This document shows positions 29,578-40,229 of a stretch of DNA of 64,000 nucleotides, one piece after another. Source of the DNA: Candidatus Nomurabacteria bacterium (GTDB taxonomy: Bacteria > Patescibacteriota > Minisyncoccia > Phycocordibacterales > UBA9973); assembly GCA_025361085.1 (NCBI GenBank), contig JANYAX010000012.1, positions 255-64,254 of the forward strand. The letters are read 5' to 3'. Numbering within the stretch: the first letter of the stretch is position 1; each line of letters opens with the position of its first letter. The notes under the pieces are model-generated. The model saw only the letters and a list, made by a program, of their open reading frames with translations, had not been told where the DNA came from and made no database searches. The translations under genes and the position numbers were made by a program.

Positions 29578-29919
29578 ATGACAAGAGTAAAAAATGGAGT
29601 AAACAAAAATAAAAGACGAAAGAATCTTCTGTCCCAAACAAAGGGTTTCCGTTTTGGACGTAGTACAAAAACAATTCAAGCCAAAGACGCATTGAAGCAT
29701 GCTGGAAACTATTCATTCGCTCATCGCAAAGACAAAAAAGCAGATGCAAGAAGTCTCTGGACAACACGAATCAATGCCGCAGTCAGACCACTTGGAATTT
29801 CATACAGTAAATTCATCGATGGACTAAAAAAGAAAAAGATCATGATAGATCGTAAAATACTTTCAGACCTTGCAATCAAAAACCCTGAAACATTTGAAAG
29901 AATCGTAAAAAGCATCTAA
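29578..29919 (+). CDS. rplT: 50S ribosomal protein L20
   Basis: MTRVK, RSLWTTRINAA, IDRKILSDLA. Confidence 0.96.
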   Translation: MTRVKNGVNKNKRRKNLLSQTKGFRFGRSTKTIQAKDALKHAGNYSFAHRKDKKADARSLWTTRINAAVRPLGISYSKFIDGLKKKKIMIDRKILSDLAIKNPETFERIVKSI

Positions 29920-29951
29920 TAAATAAAAATCCCAGGGGATTTTTATTTATG

Positions 29952-30953
29952 CTAATTTTTTACTTTATTTTTATCAACTTGGTTATATATATAACTAGAT
30001 AGTTCTTTCGTCGCTTTTCCTTGCGAGGCTAGATCATTACCTCGAGTCATAATACAAAGAAGATATGGGTTATTGGGATAATATATTATTCCACAATCAT
30101 GCAACTGAGTACTATCATTCTGATTGGGAATACTACGTTCTCCAAATTTATGAGAGACAATAGTCCCAGCAGGAACACCAGCAACAAGACCATCTTTATA
30201 ATCACCTTGAGAAAGAACCTCTAGTGCTTTTTCAGACATTTCTCTGTTTAAGTATGAAGAGTTATATAATACTCGAAAAAATCCAGCATAATCTTTAATT
30301 CCAAGATCAATTTCTGTTGAGGTATCTTTATAAGGAACTCCTACTGATTCAAAAACACCTTTTATATTATCTGGATTAATATTATTAAGCAAAATTGAAA
30401 CGGCAGTGTTGTCAGATTCAATAATCATATATTTAGAAATATCAAAAAGTGAATATTCTTGTCCGGCAACCAAAGTATTACTAGAAACAATATTTTGATG
30501 GAATGATTTATTTATATCAGACTCAGAGATTTTTACTTTCTTGTCTAAGATAGCTGGGTTATTTTCTGCTTCTTTTAAAAAAGCAATAAAAATCGGAACC
30601 TTTAATAAACTTGCTGGAGAAAATACTTCTTTTTCATCTATTCCAACCCATGGTCCATTATTTAAATCGCGAAAATATAAAGAAATGTGATCAAGCGAAT
30701 ATTTGTCTTTAATTTCATTTGTTTTTTCATTCACGTCCTTAGAAAAAACAATTAAGCTTCCCTCATTACTAGCGACTTCGCAGTCTAATATTGGGTTAGT
30801 CAATAAATAGTGATCATTTTTATCATGAGTAATTGTCATATTCTCTTTATTTGTTTTATTTGTAATAACAGTCACTGACAAAACAATTATCACCACAACA
30901 GATAAAATGTTTGTGATAAGTAATAACTTACTTGATGTTTTTATTTTGCCCAT
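29952..30953 (-). CDS. Membrane-anchored class A beta-lactamase-like serine hydrolase
   Basis: SxxK (ASLLK), SDN, HKFG, HDCGIIY; N-terminal TM. Confidence 0.85.
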   Translation of the reverse strand: MGKIKTSSKLLLITNILSVVVIIVLSVTVITNKTNKENMTITHDKNDHYLLTNPILDCEVASNEGSLIVFSKDVNEKTNEIKDKYSLDHISLYFRDLNNGPWVGIDEKEVFSPASLLKVPIFIAFLKEAENNPAILDKKVKISESDINKSFHQNIVSSNTLVAGQEYSLFDISKYMIIESDNTAVSILLNNINPDNIKGVFESVGVPYKDTSTEIDLGIKDYAGFFRVLYNSSYLNREMSEKALEVLSQGDYKDGLVAGVPAGTIVSHKFGERSIPNQNDSTQLHDCGIIYYPNNPYLLCIMTRGNDLASQGKATKELSSYIYNQVDKNKVKN

Positions 30954-31002
30954 ATTTGATTATTCATATGAAATAAAAAAAGAAAAACACATTAATATAC
31001 AG

Positions 31003-32373
31003 CTAGCATTCAATCTCTACCGATTCCCCAGCTAGGGGAGTATACGCCTTAATGTCAAGATTGTCACGCAATTTTTGAGCAAGAAACATTGCTGACTTTG
31101 GTTCTCCCATAGTTACAAAAACTTTTTTAAGAGTATGCGCTGTGTTCTCAATGAACTCTACTAGATGATCTGAATCCTTATGGCCGGAATAGCCACTAAT
31201 CACGGCAACACTGGCACGAACTGTCACTTCTTCACCCATTATATGCACCTTTTTAGCTCCATCATAAATCATCCGACCAAGAGTCCCGACGGTCTGATAC
31301 CCAGTCAATAGAATGGTATCATTTTTATTTGGTAAATAATTCTTTTCATGATGAAGAATTCGCCCTCCATTAGACATCCCACTACCAGCTATTATTATCT
31401 TAGGAGGAGGGACTTGAAGAATTGCTTTTGATTCTTCTGTTTCGAGTGTTTCTTTTAACCCAGGGAAAGTAAACAATTTATCTCCTGATGCCAATATCTT
31501 CTTTGCTGTATCATTAAAATATTTATCATACTTCAGATACACATCTGTCAATTTTATAGAAAGTGGAGAATCTAAAAATATTGTCATTTCAGGAATAATT
31601 TTATTTTCTACGAGTGAATTCATTTCATATAGTAACTCTTGGGTACGTTCTAGAGAAAAAGTTGGGATGATTAATGTCCCCTTTTTGTAAAAATTATCTC
31701 TCATAATAAACTCGAGTTTTTTCTTTCTTTCATCACGTTTTTCGTGATTGCGATCTCCGTACGTTGATTCCATTATCATGTAGTCAGCATCATCTATCAC
31801 AGTGGTGTCAGGAAGAAGTGGCGACGGTGAATTACCGAGGTCGCCAGTGAAAACAATTTTTTTGCCATTATAAATAATTTCTAGCATCCCTGACCCGAGA
31901 ATGTGACCTGCATCTTTGTATGAAAATTGAAACCCATGATCAACGTTTAATTTCTGCCCATACTCAAGTGTCTCCCAAGAGTCGAGAGCTTTTTTAATAT
32001 TCTCTGGTGTATATATTTGATCAAGGTGAAGTTCTTCGTCGCGAGCAAGTAATCGAGCGGTATCTTCGAGCATGATTGCCGTAATTTCTTTGGTTGGAAC
32101 CACAGAATAAATCTTGCCATTAAAACCTTCACTTATAAGTTTCGGAATTCTTCCTATGTGATCTACGTGACCGTGAGTAATAAAAAGTATATCTATAGTA
32201 GAGGCATCATAAGGAAATGGTCCCCAATTTAAATCATCAACAAATTTTTCACCCTGAATTAGTCCACAATCAATCAAAAATTTCTTACCATTACCTTCCA
32301 ATAAAAAATTCGCTCCGGTAACAGTCCCTGCCCCGGAACAAAACGTGATTCTAAGTTTTTTATCATTCGCCAT
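31003..32373 (-). CDS. MBL-fold beta-CASP ribonuclease
   Basis: THGHVDHIG, AGHILGS, ESTYGDR, GSGMSNGGR, YSGHKD. Confidence 0.92.
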   Translation of the reverse strand: MANDKKLRITFCSGAGTVTGANFLLEGNGKKFLIDCGLIQGEKFVDDLNWGPFPYDASTIDILFITHGHVDHIGRIPKLISEGFNGKIYSVVPTKEITAIMLEDTARLLARDEELHLDQIYTPENIKKALDSWETLEYGQKLNVDHGFQFSYKDAGHILGSGMLEIIYNGKKIVFTGDLGNSPSPLLPDTTVIDDADYMIMESTYGDRNHEKRDERKKKLEFIMRDNFYKKGTLIIPTFSLERTQELLYEMNSLVENKIIPEMTIFLDSPLSIKLTDVYLKYDKYFNDTAKKILASGDKLFTFPGLKETLETEESKAILQVPPPKIIIAGSGMSNGGRILHHEKNYLPNKNDTILLTGYQTVGTLGRMIYDGAKKVHIMGEEVTVRASVAVISGYSGHKDSDHLVEFIENTAHTLKKVFVTMGEPKSAMFLAQKLRDNLDIKAYTPLAGESVEIEC

Positions 32374-32426
32374 TTATTCATTATACCCTATAAATTTCAA
32401 AAGTGAAATTAAAATAGTCGCCACAA

Positions 32427-32613
32427 AATAAAAAATCCTTCCGAATTGGAAGAATTCCTTATTAGGACTATCGAAGGAAGTATTACCATAGCTTAACACT
32501 AGGTGGGACTAAGAATGATAAGGATTTGTTAACGTAAAATGTATACAGTTCCTAACCAAAACTATGTAATCCCCTAAAATATTGTTCTAGGTAACACATT
32601 TCAAATAATCCTA
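32427..32613 (-). ncRNA. Putative rod-shaped small RNA (6S RNA-like)
   Basis: TTGCAT-16-TATACT promoter, nested 5'/3' pairing, intrinsic terminator; no long ORF. Confidence 0.6.
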
Positions 32614-32731
32614 CTTAAAGTATACTCATCGAGAGAAACCATGCAAGTGTTTTCACAAAACAGCACACTTTTGACAGCCTTTCAATTTGAATTTAGAGTA
32701 AAAATCGAAGTCAAAAATAATAAAAATAGCT

Positions 32732-33379
32732 CTACATCTCAAAATTTTTCACTTTTTCAATATAATCTCGCGCAGATTCGTCTGTTATATCTTCTGGTTT
32801 GATTTTTGAATGAGAAAAAATCTGTTTTTCTATTTCTTTACCACATTCAACCAATTTATAGCGTTTTTCTTCTTCGATACTATTTTTATGATTTGCGTAA
32901 CGATGATCTGCATCTTTCATTCGATCATCATATGACAAAATACCATGAGTACAAACCCTTGAATCTGAATACTGTAATATTTTCAATGATAAATCATTTC
33001 CATGTCTATTTGTGCATAGATTAATAAAACGATTTTCTGAAATAAGGTCAATTATTATACTTGATACTCCTAGTTCCATTGCAATTGCACCAGTAGCTTC
33101 GTGTTCATTTAAACCATATTTTTGAATAAATTCGTCTTGTATTTCTTTAATTTCTATTATTTCTGAGTCCGATAACCCAAAAATTGATTTCGTTTGTTTT
33201 AAATCAAATTTAATTACATTACCAATATCATGAATCAAACAGGCCTTCACAATATTTTCTTTATCAGTTTCCAAAGATAATGAATCACAAATCATCAAAG
33301 CCACCGCCGCAGTTCTGATCTGGTGCATTGCAAGCATCGGCGTATTTTTGTATTCCTCATATATATCGGTAATCTTCAT
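32732..33379 (-). CDS. HD-domain protein
   Basis: MHQIRTA..CLIHDIGN..EH..YSDSR; start taken at MKITD. Confidence 0.75.
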   Translation of the reverse strand: MKITDIYEEYKNTPMLAMHQIRTAAVALMICDSLSLETDKENIVKACLIHDIGNVIKFDLKQTKSIFGLSDSEIIEIKEIQDEFIQKYGLNEHEATGAIAMELGVSSIIIDLISENRFINLCTNRHGNDLSLKILQYSDSRVCTHGILSYDDRMKDADHRYANHKNSIEEEKRYKLVECGKEIEKQIFSHSKIKPEDITDESARDYIEKVKNFEM

Positions 33380-33428
33380 ATTACATTTAATAAATAAAAC
33401 CCACAAAACGCGGGTCTTATTTATTTAT

Positions 33429-33944
33429 TTATTTTTTCTTTGCTTGTGTAAATTTTTCATGAACTGTTTCGTAATCAAACAATTCAGCTTCTGAAAACCA
33501 ATGTGCTATTTCTAGTTCTGCTTCAGATACATCTCCGGATGCGTGTATAATATTTGGAACCCCTATATTGTTTTCATCTGCATGGATGAAACTCATATGC
33601 GCATAATCACCTCTAATTGTTCCGGGTAAAGCAGACTTTGGTTCTGTAGTTCCTACCATCTTACGAATTAATGAAACTGCTTCTACCCCTTCAAGCACAA
33701 AAGCAATAACTGGACCAACATTCATCATTGAGAGTGTGACATCAAAAGTCTTTTGTCCTCGGCGAGAAATCATTTTCCCTATATTTTCATAATGATGAAA
33801 ATAATGATCATAGCTTGGCTGTAGCATTTTAGTACCTACAATTTTTAATCCTGTCTTCTCAAAACGAGATAAAATCTCACCAACAATACCACGTTGAACC
33901 GCATCTGGTTTAAAAACAATTAATGAACGTTCTGTAGTTATCAT
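33429..33944 (-). CDS. ndk: Nucleoside diphosphate kinase
   Basis: FKPDAVQRG, PGTIRGDY, NIIHASG. Confidence 0.95.
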   Translation of the reverse strand: MITTERSLIVFKPDAVQRGIVGEILSRFEKTGLKIVGTKMLQPSYDHYFHHYENIGKMISRRGQKTFDVTLSMMNVGPVIAFVLEGVEAVSLIRKMVGTTEPKSALPGTIRGDYAHMSFIHADENNIGVPNIIHASGDVSEAELEIAHWFSEAELFDYETVHEKFTQAKKK

Positions 33945-34025
33945 AGTAAATAATTAAGTTAAACTTATAAATATTCTTCTAACATACCATAAATATGGCA
34001 TAAAACAAAATGGCTCTTGAACTTA

Positions 34026-36767
34026 CTATTTTCTATATTTTGCCATTATTTCTTCCTCGACTTCTTCACGAGGGCGGCCATATTTGAGGTAAGATAATTC
34101 TTTTATCTTTTCTACCATCTCTTTGTTTCCTGGTGGTGTTAGACTCCAGTGAGAAGTCATATTAAATGGTTTAGTTGGCACCCCATTCACAAGCATACTT
34201 ACATATGAATTGAAATTATCTAATTTCATAATATCGCTTGCAGTAAACGTTGGTTTGAATTTTTGCTCGACAAAGTTGGCATCTTCGGTACTGATACGAT
34301 AAATAGCCATTGAACCAACGTTCCCAAACACTGCGTTTTTAATATTTTCTTCAAGCTGTGAAATGTATTGGTGTGCGATAGTCAAAGACAAGCGATATTT
34401 TCGAGCCTCTGAAAGAATCGAGGCGATGGAGTCGGTCGTGACGTTTTGGAATTCGTCTATGTAAAGATAAAAATCATTCATTTTCTGCCCATACATATCG
34501 ACACGAGAAAGTGCTGCCATCTGAATCTTCCCTACCAACACAAGACCGATAAGATTTGCATTTATGTCACCCAAGCGCCCCTTTGAAAGATTTACAAGAA
34601 GAATTTTTTTGTTGTCCATTATTTCGCGAAAATTAAAAACAGATTTTTCTTGAAGAACGACAGGTCTCATAATGTCGTTCGAAATAAAGTTATCAAATTT
34701 AGAAGAAATATAAGGCACGAAGTTTGCAAGGGATTGATCACCTGTCGTCTGCTCGGCTCCAACCCAGAATTGTTTGATAATTGGATTCTTACATCGAGAA
34801 ACTTTCATGTCACGAAACGCTTTATCTCCAAGTACACGAGTAATCTCAAGTAAGGTACACCCTGATTCTGGATCTTCCATCACAAGAAAAGCACTATTTC
34901 TAAAATACTGTTCAAACATTGCTCCCCCACCTGTTTTCATATCAAAAAGTTTATTGAAAATTCCCATGAGCTCATTTACCACAAGAGTTTTTTGCTCTGG
35001 ATATTTTGGATCATACTCGAGCATATTTAGCCCCATTGGGCGAGCGGTATAAGCAGGATCGAAATAAATAACGTCATCAATTCTTTCTTTTGGAACATAA
35101 GAGAGAATATCTTGAATATCACTTCCGTGTGGATCAATAAAGCAACAACCCTCCCCATTCCTGATATCTTGTGCAATCATATTTTTCAAAATAGTTGTTT
35201 TACCTGTTCCCGTCTGACCGATGACGTACATGTGGCGCATCCTGTCTTCACGAGACATGTGTATAGGCGTATCTTTGCCATGGTAACTATTAATTCCGAG
35301 AAGTATTCCTTCACTACCCATCTCGATCGGCGCAGGTGCGATGCCGGCTTTAGCTTGTTTAAGTTGTGAAGATACAACTCCGTATGGGAAGTGGAAAATT
35401 GTTGCGAGTTCTTTTAAGTTGAGTGGCATTGAATAATCGTCAGAGAAAGTTCTATAAATGTAATCGTGTACGAGTTGCGAGAGGGCTGCCCCTTCTAGAT
35501 GATTGAAATTAAAACCATTACGATCTGCTTCGGTAAACTGATTGAATGATGATTCAATATCAGACAAAATTTGTTTTGACCTTACCTTGTCTTCTGCCGA
35601 GGCGATGATGCGAATATTCGAAGCCATGATTGTGCTCTTCATCTTCTCGGTAATATTTTCTACCGCTTTGTCATTTACTTTTTTATCTTCTTTGTGCTTA
35701 GAAGTACCAAACAATAATTCTTTCGCAACTGTTTTGAATTCTTTTGTAACTTGGCGGGTGAAACTCGATGCTGTACGGACAGACATACCATTTTTCACAT
35801 CTCCCAAAATAATCTTGTATTTGCGTATAATATCATCATCTTCTGGACATATAGATAATTGAATGGCGGCGCCTTCCCCACTTTTCTTGAGCTTTGTGAA
35901 AATATTTAAAATAATATTGAGCGGATCATGGTCAAAAGAATCGTATAACTTTATGGGGTAAACATCGTGATGGGCGAGTGTCGCATATGATGCTGAAACT
36001 GAACAATTTTCTGAAAAAATATTGTAATCGTCTGGAACCTCTACAATTTTCGCATTTGGATGAACTCCAAATAATTGCTTTTCAAATAAATCTGATTTAT
36101 GAGATGGAACTGCTGCATAAAATACAAAGTTGTCACTTCCTTCTGAAAGGGCAATCTCAAGAGTGAAATGATTGCGATTATAATTCTCTCTTCCTTCACC
36201 GACAGAATGCATTCCAGAATAAAATTGCTCCATAGCGGTCAATAATTCTTTGAGCCCTTTCTTGGCTCCTTCATCGTCATTCATATCTGGAAGAGTAATT
36301 TCGAGAAGCTTCATATCAAGCGCTTTGAAAAGTGGAGTATTTTCTTTAAGACCAGGGACTTTGTGAGTACTATATAAATATTGAACTACGAATCTATGAA
36401 AATCACTATCAATATGTGGATTGTTCATCTTGGCAACAATTGAGAGAGCATTCGAGATTCCTTTATCGAGCAAAATACCGAGTAATTCTTCCATCTTTCC
36501 GTCATGAGTTTCAGGGTGAAGGCGAAGAATGAGTTGTTCTGATTCTTTAGCATTCATAACTGCGCTTTTGTGCATGACATCTTCTGGTCCAAATTTTTTG
36601 TATTCAGAAATCACATTGTGTGCGAGGTCTTCTTTGTTCACTTCTTTCCCTTGTTCAACCAACGCTTTTTCTTTTTCTGCAATATGTGCACGCAAAAACT
36701 CCAACTCCTCTTGCGGGGTTTTAAATTTTGGAGCATTCTCTAGTTTTAAACCAAAATTTTCTGCCAT
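34026..36767 (-). CDS. VirB4/TraD-like (DUF87) P-loop ATPase
   Basis: RHMYVIGQTGTGKT, FIDPHG, YIDEFQN, SEARKY, AHQYISQL. Confidence 0.88.
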   Translation of the reverse strand: MAENFGLKLENAPKFKTPQEELEFLRAHIAEKEKALVEQGKEVNKEDLAHNVISEYKKFGPEDVMHKSAVMNAKESEQLILRLHPETHDGKMEELLGILLDKGISNALSIVAKMNNPHIDSDFHRFVVQYLYSTHKVPGLKENTPLFKALDMKLLEITLPDMNDDEGAKKGLKELLTAMEQFYSGMHSVGEGRENYNRNHFTLEIALSEGSDNFVFYAAVPSHKSDLFEKQLFGVHPNAKIVEVPDDYNIFSENCSVSASYATLAHHDVYPIKLYDSFDHDPLNIILNIFTKLKKSGEGAAIQLSICPEDDDIIRKYKIILGDVKNGMSVRTASSFTRQVTKEFKTVAKELLFGTSKHKEDKKVNDKAVENITEKMKSTIMASNIRIIASAEDKVRSKQILSDIESSFNQFTEADRNGFNFNHLEGAALSQLVHDYIYRTFSDDYSMPLNLKELATIFHFPYGVVSSQLKQAKAGIAPAPIEMGSEGILLGINSYHGKDTPIHMSREDRMRHMYVIGQTGTGKTTILKNMIAQDIRNGEGCCFIDPHGSDIQDILSYVPKERIDDVIYFDPAYTARPMGLNMLEYDPKYPEQKTLVVNELMGIFNKLFDMKTGGGAMFEQYFRNSAFLVMEDPESGCTLLEITRVLGDKAFRDMKVSRCKNPIIKQFWVGAEQTTGDQSLANFVPYISSKFDNFISNDIMRPVVLQEKSVFNFREIMDNKKILLVNLSKGRLGDINANLIGLVLVGKIQMAALSRVDMYGQKMNDFYLYIDEFQNVTTDSIASILSEARKYRLSLTIAHQYISQLEENIKNAVFGNVGSMAIYRISTEDANFVEQKFKPTFTASDIMKLDNFNSYVSMLVNGVPTKPFNMTSHWSLTPPGNKEMVEKIKELSYLKYGRPREEVEEEIMAKYRK

Positions 36768-36776
36768 ATGAGTTTA

Positions 36777-37544
36777 TTATACCATAGTCAAGATTTCTGC
36801 ATCACCTTCGGTAATTAAAATTGTATGTTCGAAATGAGCTGAATACTTTCCGTCAGCAGTTTTGATAGTCCAATCATCATCGGCTACTGTGATATCATCT
36901 TTCCCAAGATTGAGCATTGGTTCAATCGCTACAACCATTCCGGGAATTAGTTTTTGTCCCTTTCCTGCTTTACCATAGTTTGGAATGTAAGGATCTTCGT
37001 GAATTGCCACGCCTACACCATGCCCTGCAAGCTCGCGAACGATACCGTATCGATTATGCACAAAAGTCTCTATTGCATTCCCAATATCACCCACAGTGTT
37101 GCCACCATGTGCCGCCCAAATACCGATTTCAAGTGCTTTTTTTGTATCAGCCAAAAGTTGTTCATCTTTGGCAGAAATTTTCCCGACAGCAACCGTAATC
37201 GCATGATCAGTGAAAAGTCCACGGTGTTCAATTCCAAGATCAAGAGAAACAATATCTCCTTCTTTTAGAATTCTTTTCTTACTTGGAATTCCGTGAACTA
37301 TTTCATTATTTATAGATACACAAAGAGAAGCTGGATAGGCCGTTGGCATACCATCTGGCTTGTAATTCAAAAAGGCTGGTTTGTCACCACCATCGATTAT
37401 TAGCTTATAGACATATTGATCGAGATCATATGTAGAAACGCCTGGTGAGACCATTTTAGCCGTTTTAGCTAGTATCTCGGCCAATCTTTTGCCTCCTTCC
37501 CTTATAATCTCTATTTCTTTTGGCGTTTTTATAATAACACTCAT
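36777..37544 (-). CDS. map: Methionine aminopeptidase type I
   Basis: NEIVHGIP, GHGVG..HEDP, AIEPM, SAHFEHT. Confidence 0.96.
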   Translation of the reverse strand: MSVIIKTPKEIEIIREGGKRLAEILAKTAKMVSPGVSTYDLDQYVYKLIIDGGDKPAFLNYKPDGMPTAYPASLCVSINNEIVHGIPSKKRILKEGDIVSLDLGIEHRGLFTDHAITVAVGKISAKDEQLLADTKKALEIGIWAAHGGNTVGDIGNAIETFVHNRYGIVRELAGHGVGVAIHEDPYIPNYGKAGKGQKLIPGMVVAIEPMLNLGKDDITVADDDWTIKTADGKYSAHFEHTILITEGDAEILTMV

Positions 37545-37579
37545 ATATCCATACTAAAATAAAAATAAAATATAAGCAA

Positions 37580-38266
37580 TTATTTTATAACCGTTCCGAT
37601 AAAATCATCGCCATCTAGATATTTTTTCAAATTCCCTATTTTATTACCATTCAAAATCACAACTTCACTCCCATTAGATTCTGCTTCAAGAGCGGCCATT
37701 TGATCGAAGGGAACATTTTCTCCGGGAATCCATTTATTTCCAAAAATGTTTTTATAACCATCCCAAGACATTTTGTAAATTGCTTTTGCATCAGAGAATA
37801 TCCTGGGGTCTTTGTCACAAACAAAATCAATATTAGTAAGATTTATTATTTTTGTCGCACCGATACTTTTGGCCCCGTGAACAGCAGCGAGATCACTACT
37901 ATTCCCCGGTTTCCAGCCACAACCTATGATTATCGGTTTATCTGTTTCGGGAATATTGTCAGGATCTAGTACCACTTTCTCATATGCTAAATCACCAAAA
38001 CAAATTCGAATAAACTCGGCATTCAATCGTGTAACTGCAATTCCCATCCAATCCAAATCTTCATGTGAAGGTTCAACAATTTGTTTTAACGAATCATTAT
38101 ATTTGCGACATATTTTACCACCTCCAGTGATAAGCAAAAAACTATAACCTTTAGAAATATATTCTTGAGTTAATTTTAAAAAAGAATTAACAAAATCAAC
38201 ATCTATCTCATCTGGAATGATGAGCGAACCACCAAGTGACATTACAATTTGCTTTTTTTTGTCCAT
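37580..38266 (-). CDS. pyrH: UMP kinase (archaeal-like subtype)
   Basis: SLGGSLI, TGGGKICR, D.MGIAVTRLNA, PFDQMAA, GTVI. Confidence 0.88.
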   Translation of the reverse strand: MDKKKQIVMSLGGSLIIPDEIDVDFVNSFLKLTQEYISKGYSFLLITGGGKICRKYNDSLKQIVEPSHEDLDWMGIAVTRLNAEFIRICFGDLAYEKVVLDPDNIPETDKPIIIGCGWKPGNSSDLAAVHGAKSIGATKIINLTNIDFVCDKDPRIFSDAKAIYKMSWDGYKNIFGNKWIPGENVPFDQMAALEAESNGSEVVILNGNKIGNLKKYLDGDDFIGTVIK

Positions 38267-38279
38267 ATATATATATTAA

Positions 38280-38873
38280 TTAAATTTTTAATTTTGAAAT
38301 GATATTTTTGTGAATTTCTTCAGGACTTGGTTCACCATCAACTTCAATATATTTTGATGCTCTATTATTTTTTACTTCTTCTATCATCGGAGCGACAAAT
38401 AAATCAAACTCATTCAAGCGACTTTCTATCGTACTTTCGCTGTCATCACCTCTTCCACGGGAAAGCATTCTTTGTCTGACACTTTCTCTTCCAACTTCTA
38501 CATTAATAATAGTGTAATCATCTCTCTTGGCGTATGAAAGTAACTCTTCTGCAATCTTCAATTGGTCTATGTTCCTTGGATATCCATCAAAAAATAAAAT
38601 GGAATCTTGATCTATTTCATTGATAACCTTATTCACAAATAAAGAATTTGTCAAAAAATCAGGTTGAAATTTGCCTTGTTTCATCGATAGATCTCGAGCA
38701 ATATTGAAAATGTATCCCTCTTTCTTGAACAATTCACGGAAAATTTCTCCCATAATAATTGATTTAATAGAGATATTGGGGTATTTATTTTGTATGTAAT
38801 TTTTAAGTAAATTTAACTGCGTTCCCTTACCTGAACCAGACCTTCCGATAAATATAAATGTTTGCGGTTTCAT
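38280..38873 (-). CDS. adk: Adenylate kinase family NMP kinase
   Basis: GRSGSGKGTQ, DGYPRN, RGRGDD; follows secY; start taken at MKPQ. Confidence 0.85.
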   Translation of the reverse strand: MKPQTFIFIGRSGSGKGTQLNLLKNYIQNKYPNISIKSIIMGEIFRELFKKEGYIFNIARDLSMKQGKFQPDFLTNSLFVNKVINEIDQDSILFFDGYPRNIDQLKIAEELLSYAKRDDYTIINVEVGRESVRQRMLSRGRGDDSESTIESRLNEFDLFVAPMIEEVKNNRASKYIEVDGEPSPEEIHKNIISKLKI

Positions 38874-38885
38874 GATCATTATTAT

Positions 38886-38926
38886 AGCAAAAATCACAAA
38901 TAATTTCATTATTTGTGATTTTTGCT
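38886..38926. terminator. 19-bp inverted repeat after secY
   Basis: AGCAAAAATCACAAATAAT-ttc-ATTATTTGTGATTTTTGCT. Confidence 0.6.
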
Positions 38927-38960
38927 GATTTTAATTAGTCATTAGTAATCAATAATTATC

Positions 38961-40229
38961 TTAATACTCTCTCATCGACAACTGTGCCTCAACTTTCTTA
39001 ATCAAATCAAGAACGACAGAAACGACAATCAATAATGCTGTTCCTCCAATTGCGAATGCAGTTATACCTGTAACTGATTTTATGATAAGCGGAAGGACTG
39101 CAATAATTCCCAAGAAGACCGCTCCCATCATTGTCGTACGATTCAAGATTGTCGAAATATAATCTCTTGTTGATGGCCCTGGACGAATACCTGGAATGAA
39201 TGCTCCATTTTTCTGTAAATTGGTTGAAAGTTGTTCCGGATCGAAAGTAACGGCAGTGTAGAAGTAAGTAAACAAGAAAACAAAGATAAAATAGAAAAGA
39301 GAATAAATCCATGTATTTTGTACAAACCACAACATTGCATCAGAAATATGTTTCAAAACACCTGTACTACTTGCAAGTACTGTACCTATAAGTTGAGGGA
39401 ATAATAATATAGAAAGTGCAAAGATTATAGGGATAACTCCGGCTTGGTTCACTCGAATAGGAAGGTATGTTTGAGTTCCACCTGCTACGTGGTCACCACG
39501 AACTTGCTTAGCATAAGTCACAGGAACTGGTCGTTCTGCTTCTGTTACAACAACTACTCCAGCAATGATTAATAAACCAACTGCCAAGAATAAAATGTAA
39601 ACTGGAAGGTTCGCGATATTGAAAGTAAACATAAATTGTGAAATTTCTTGTGGAATTCTCGCAATGATACCAGCAAAAATGATAAGAGAAACTCCATTTC
39701 CAATACCGAATTCAGACATCAATTCACCGATCCACATGATAAGCATTGAACCAGCAACAACAACGGAGAGATTCGTAAACATTCCAAATAATGAAATATC
39801 AGTTACGATTCCTTGTTTCTTGAGCAAGACTAATAATGCTAGACCTTGAACGATTGCCAAAGGAATCGTTAGCATTCTACTAAATTGTGTAAATTTCTTA
39901 CGTCCGATTTCTCCATCTTCTTGATACATCGCTTTCAATCGTGGAGACATTATAGTCAAAAGCTGCATTATTATTGATGATGTGATGTATGGACCAACTC
40001 CTAGCATGATTATTGAAAGTTTTGACAATCCTCCTCCTGAGAATAGATTGAGTACACCAACGAATTGGTTGTTATTTATAAAAGTTTGAAGTTTGATAGC
40101 ATCTACACCTGGAACTGGAATTGCAGATAGAAGCCGAAACACAACGAGAGCTCCAAGCACGAACAAGACACGATTTCTCAATGTCTTATCTATAAATATA
40201 GCTTTTATTTTGTTCCAAACGATTTCCAT
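38961..40229 (-). CDS. secY: Preprotein translocase SecY
   Basis: LGVGPYITSSIIMQLL, GIGNGVSLIIF, FIPGIRPG. Confidence 0.97.
   Translation of the reverse strand: MEIVWNKIKAIFIDKTLRNRVLFVLGALVVFRLLSAIPVPGVDAIKLQTFINNNQFVGVLNLFSGGGLSKLSIIMLGVGPYITSSIIMQLLTIMSPRLKAMYQEDGEIGRKKFTQFSRMLTIPLAIVQGLALLVLLKKQGIVTDISLFGMFTNLSVVVAGSMLIMWIGELMSEFGIGNGVSLIIFAGIIARIPQEISQFMFTFNIANLPVYILFLAVGLLIIAGVVVVTEAERPVPVTYAKQVRGDHVAGGTQTYLPIRVNQAGVIPIIFALSILLFPQLIGTVLASSTGVLKHISDAMLWFVQNTWIYSLFYFIFVFLFTYFYTAVTFDPEQLSTNLQKNGAFIPGIRPGPSTRDYISTILNRTTMMGAVFLGIIAVLPLIIKSVTGITAFAIGGTALLIVVSVVLDLIKKVEAQLSMREY

Noticed and set aside
29952-30953. Clinical beta-lactam resistance gene
   Set aside because: Motifs support only a beta-lactamase-like serine hydrolase; activity cannot be inferred
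34026-36767. Conjugative element around the VirB4/TraD-like ATPase
   Set aside because: No relaxase, integrase or other T4SS genes; the gene sits among housekeeping genes
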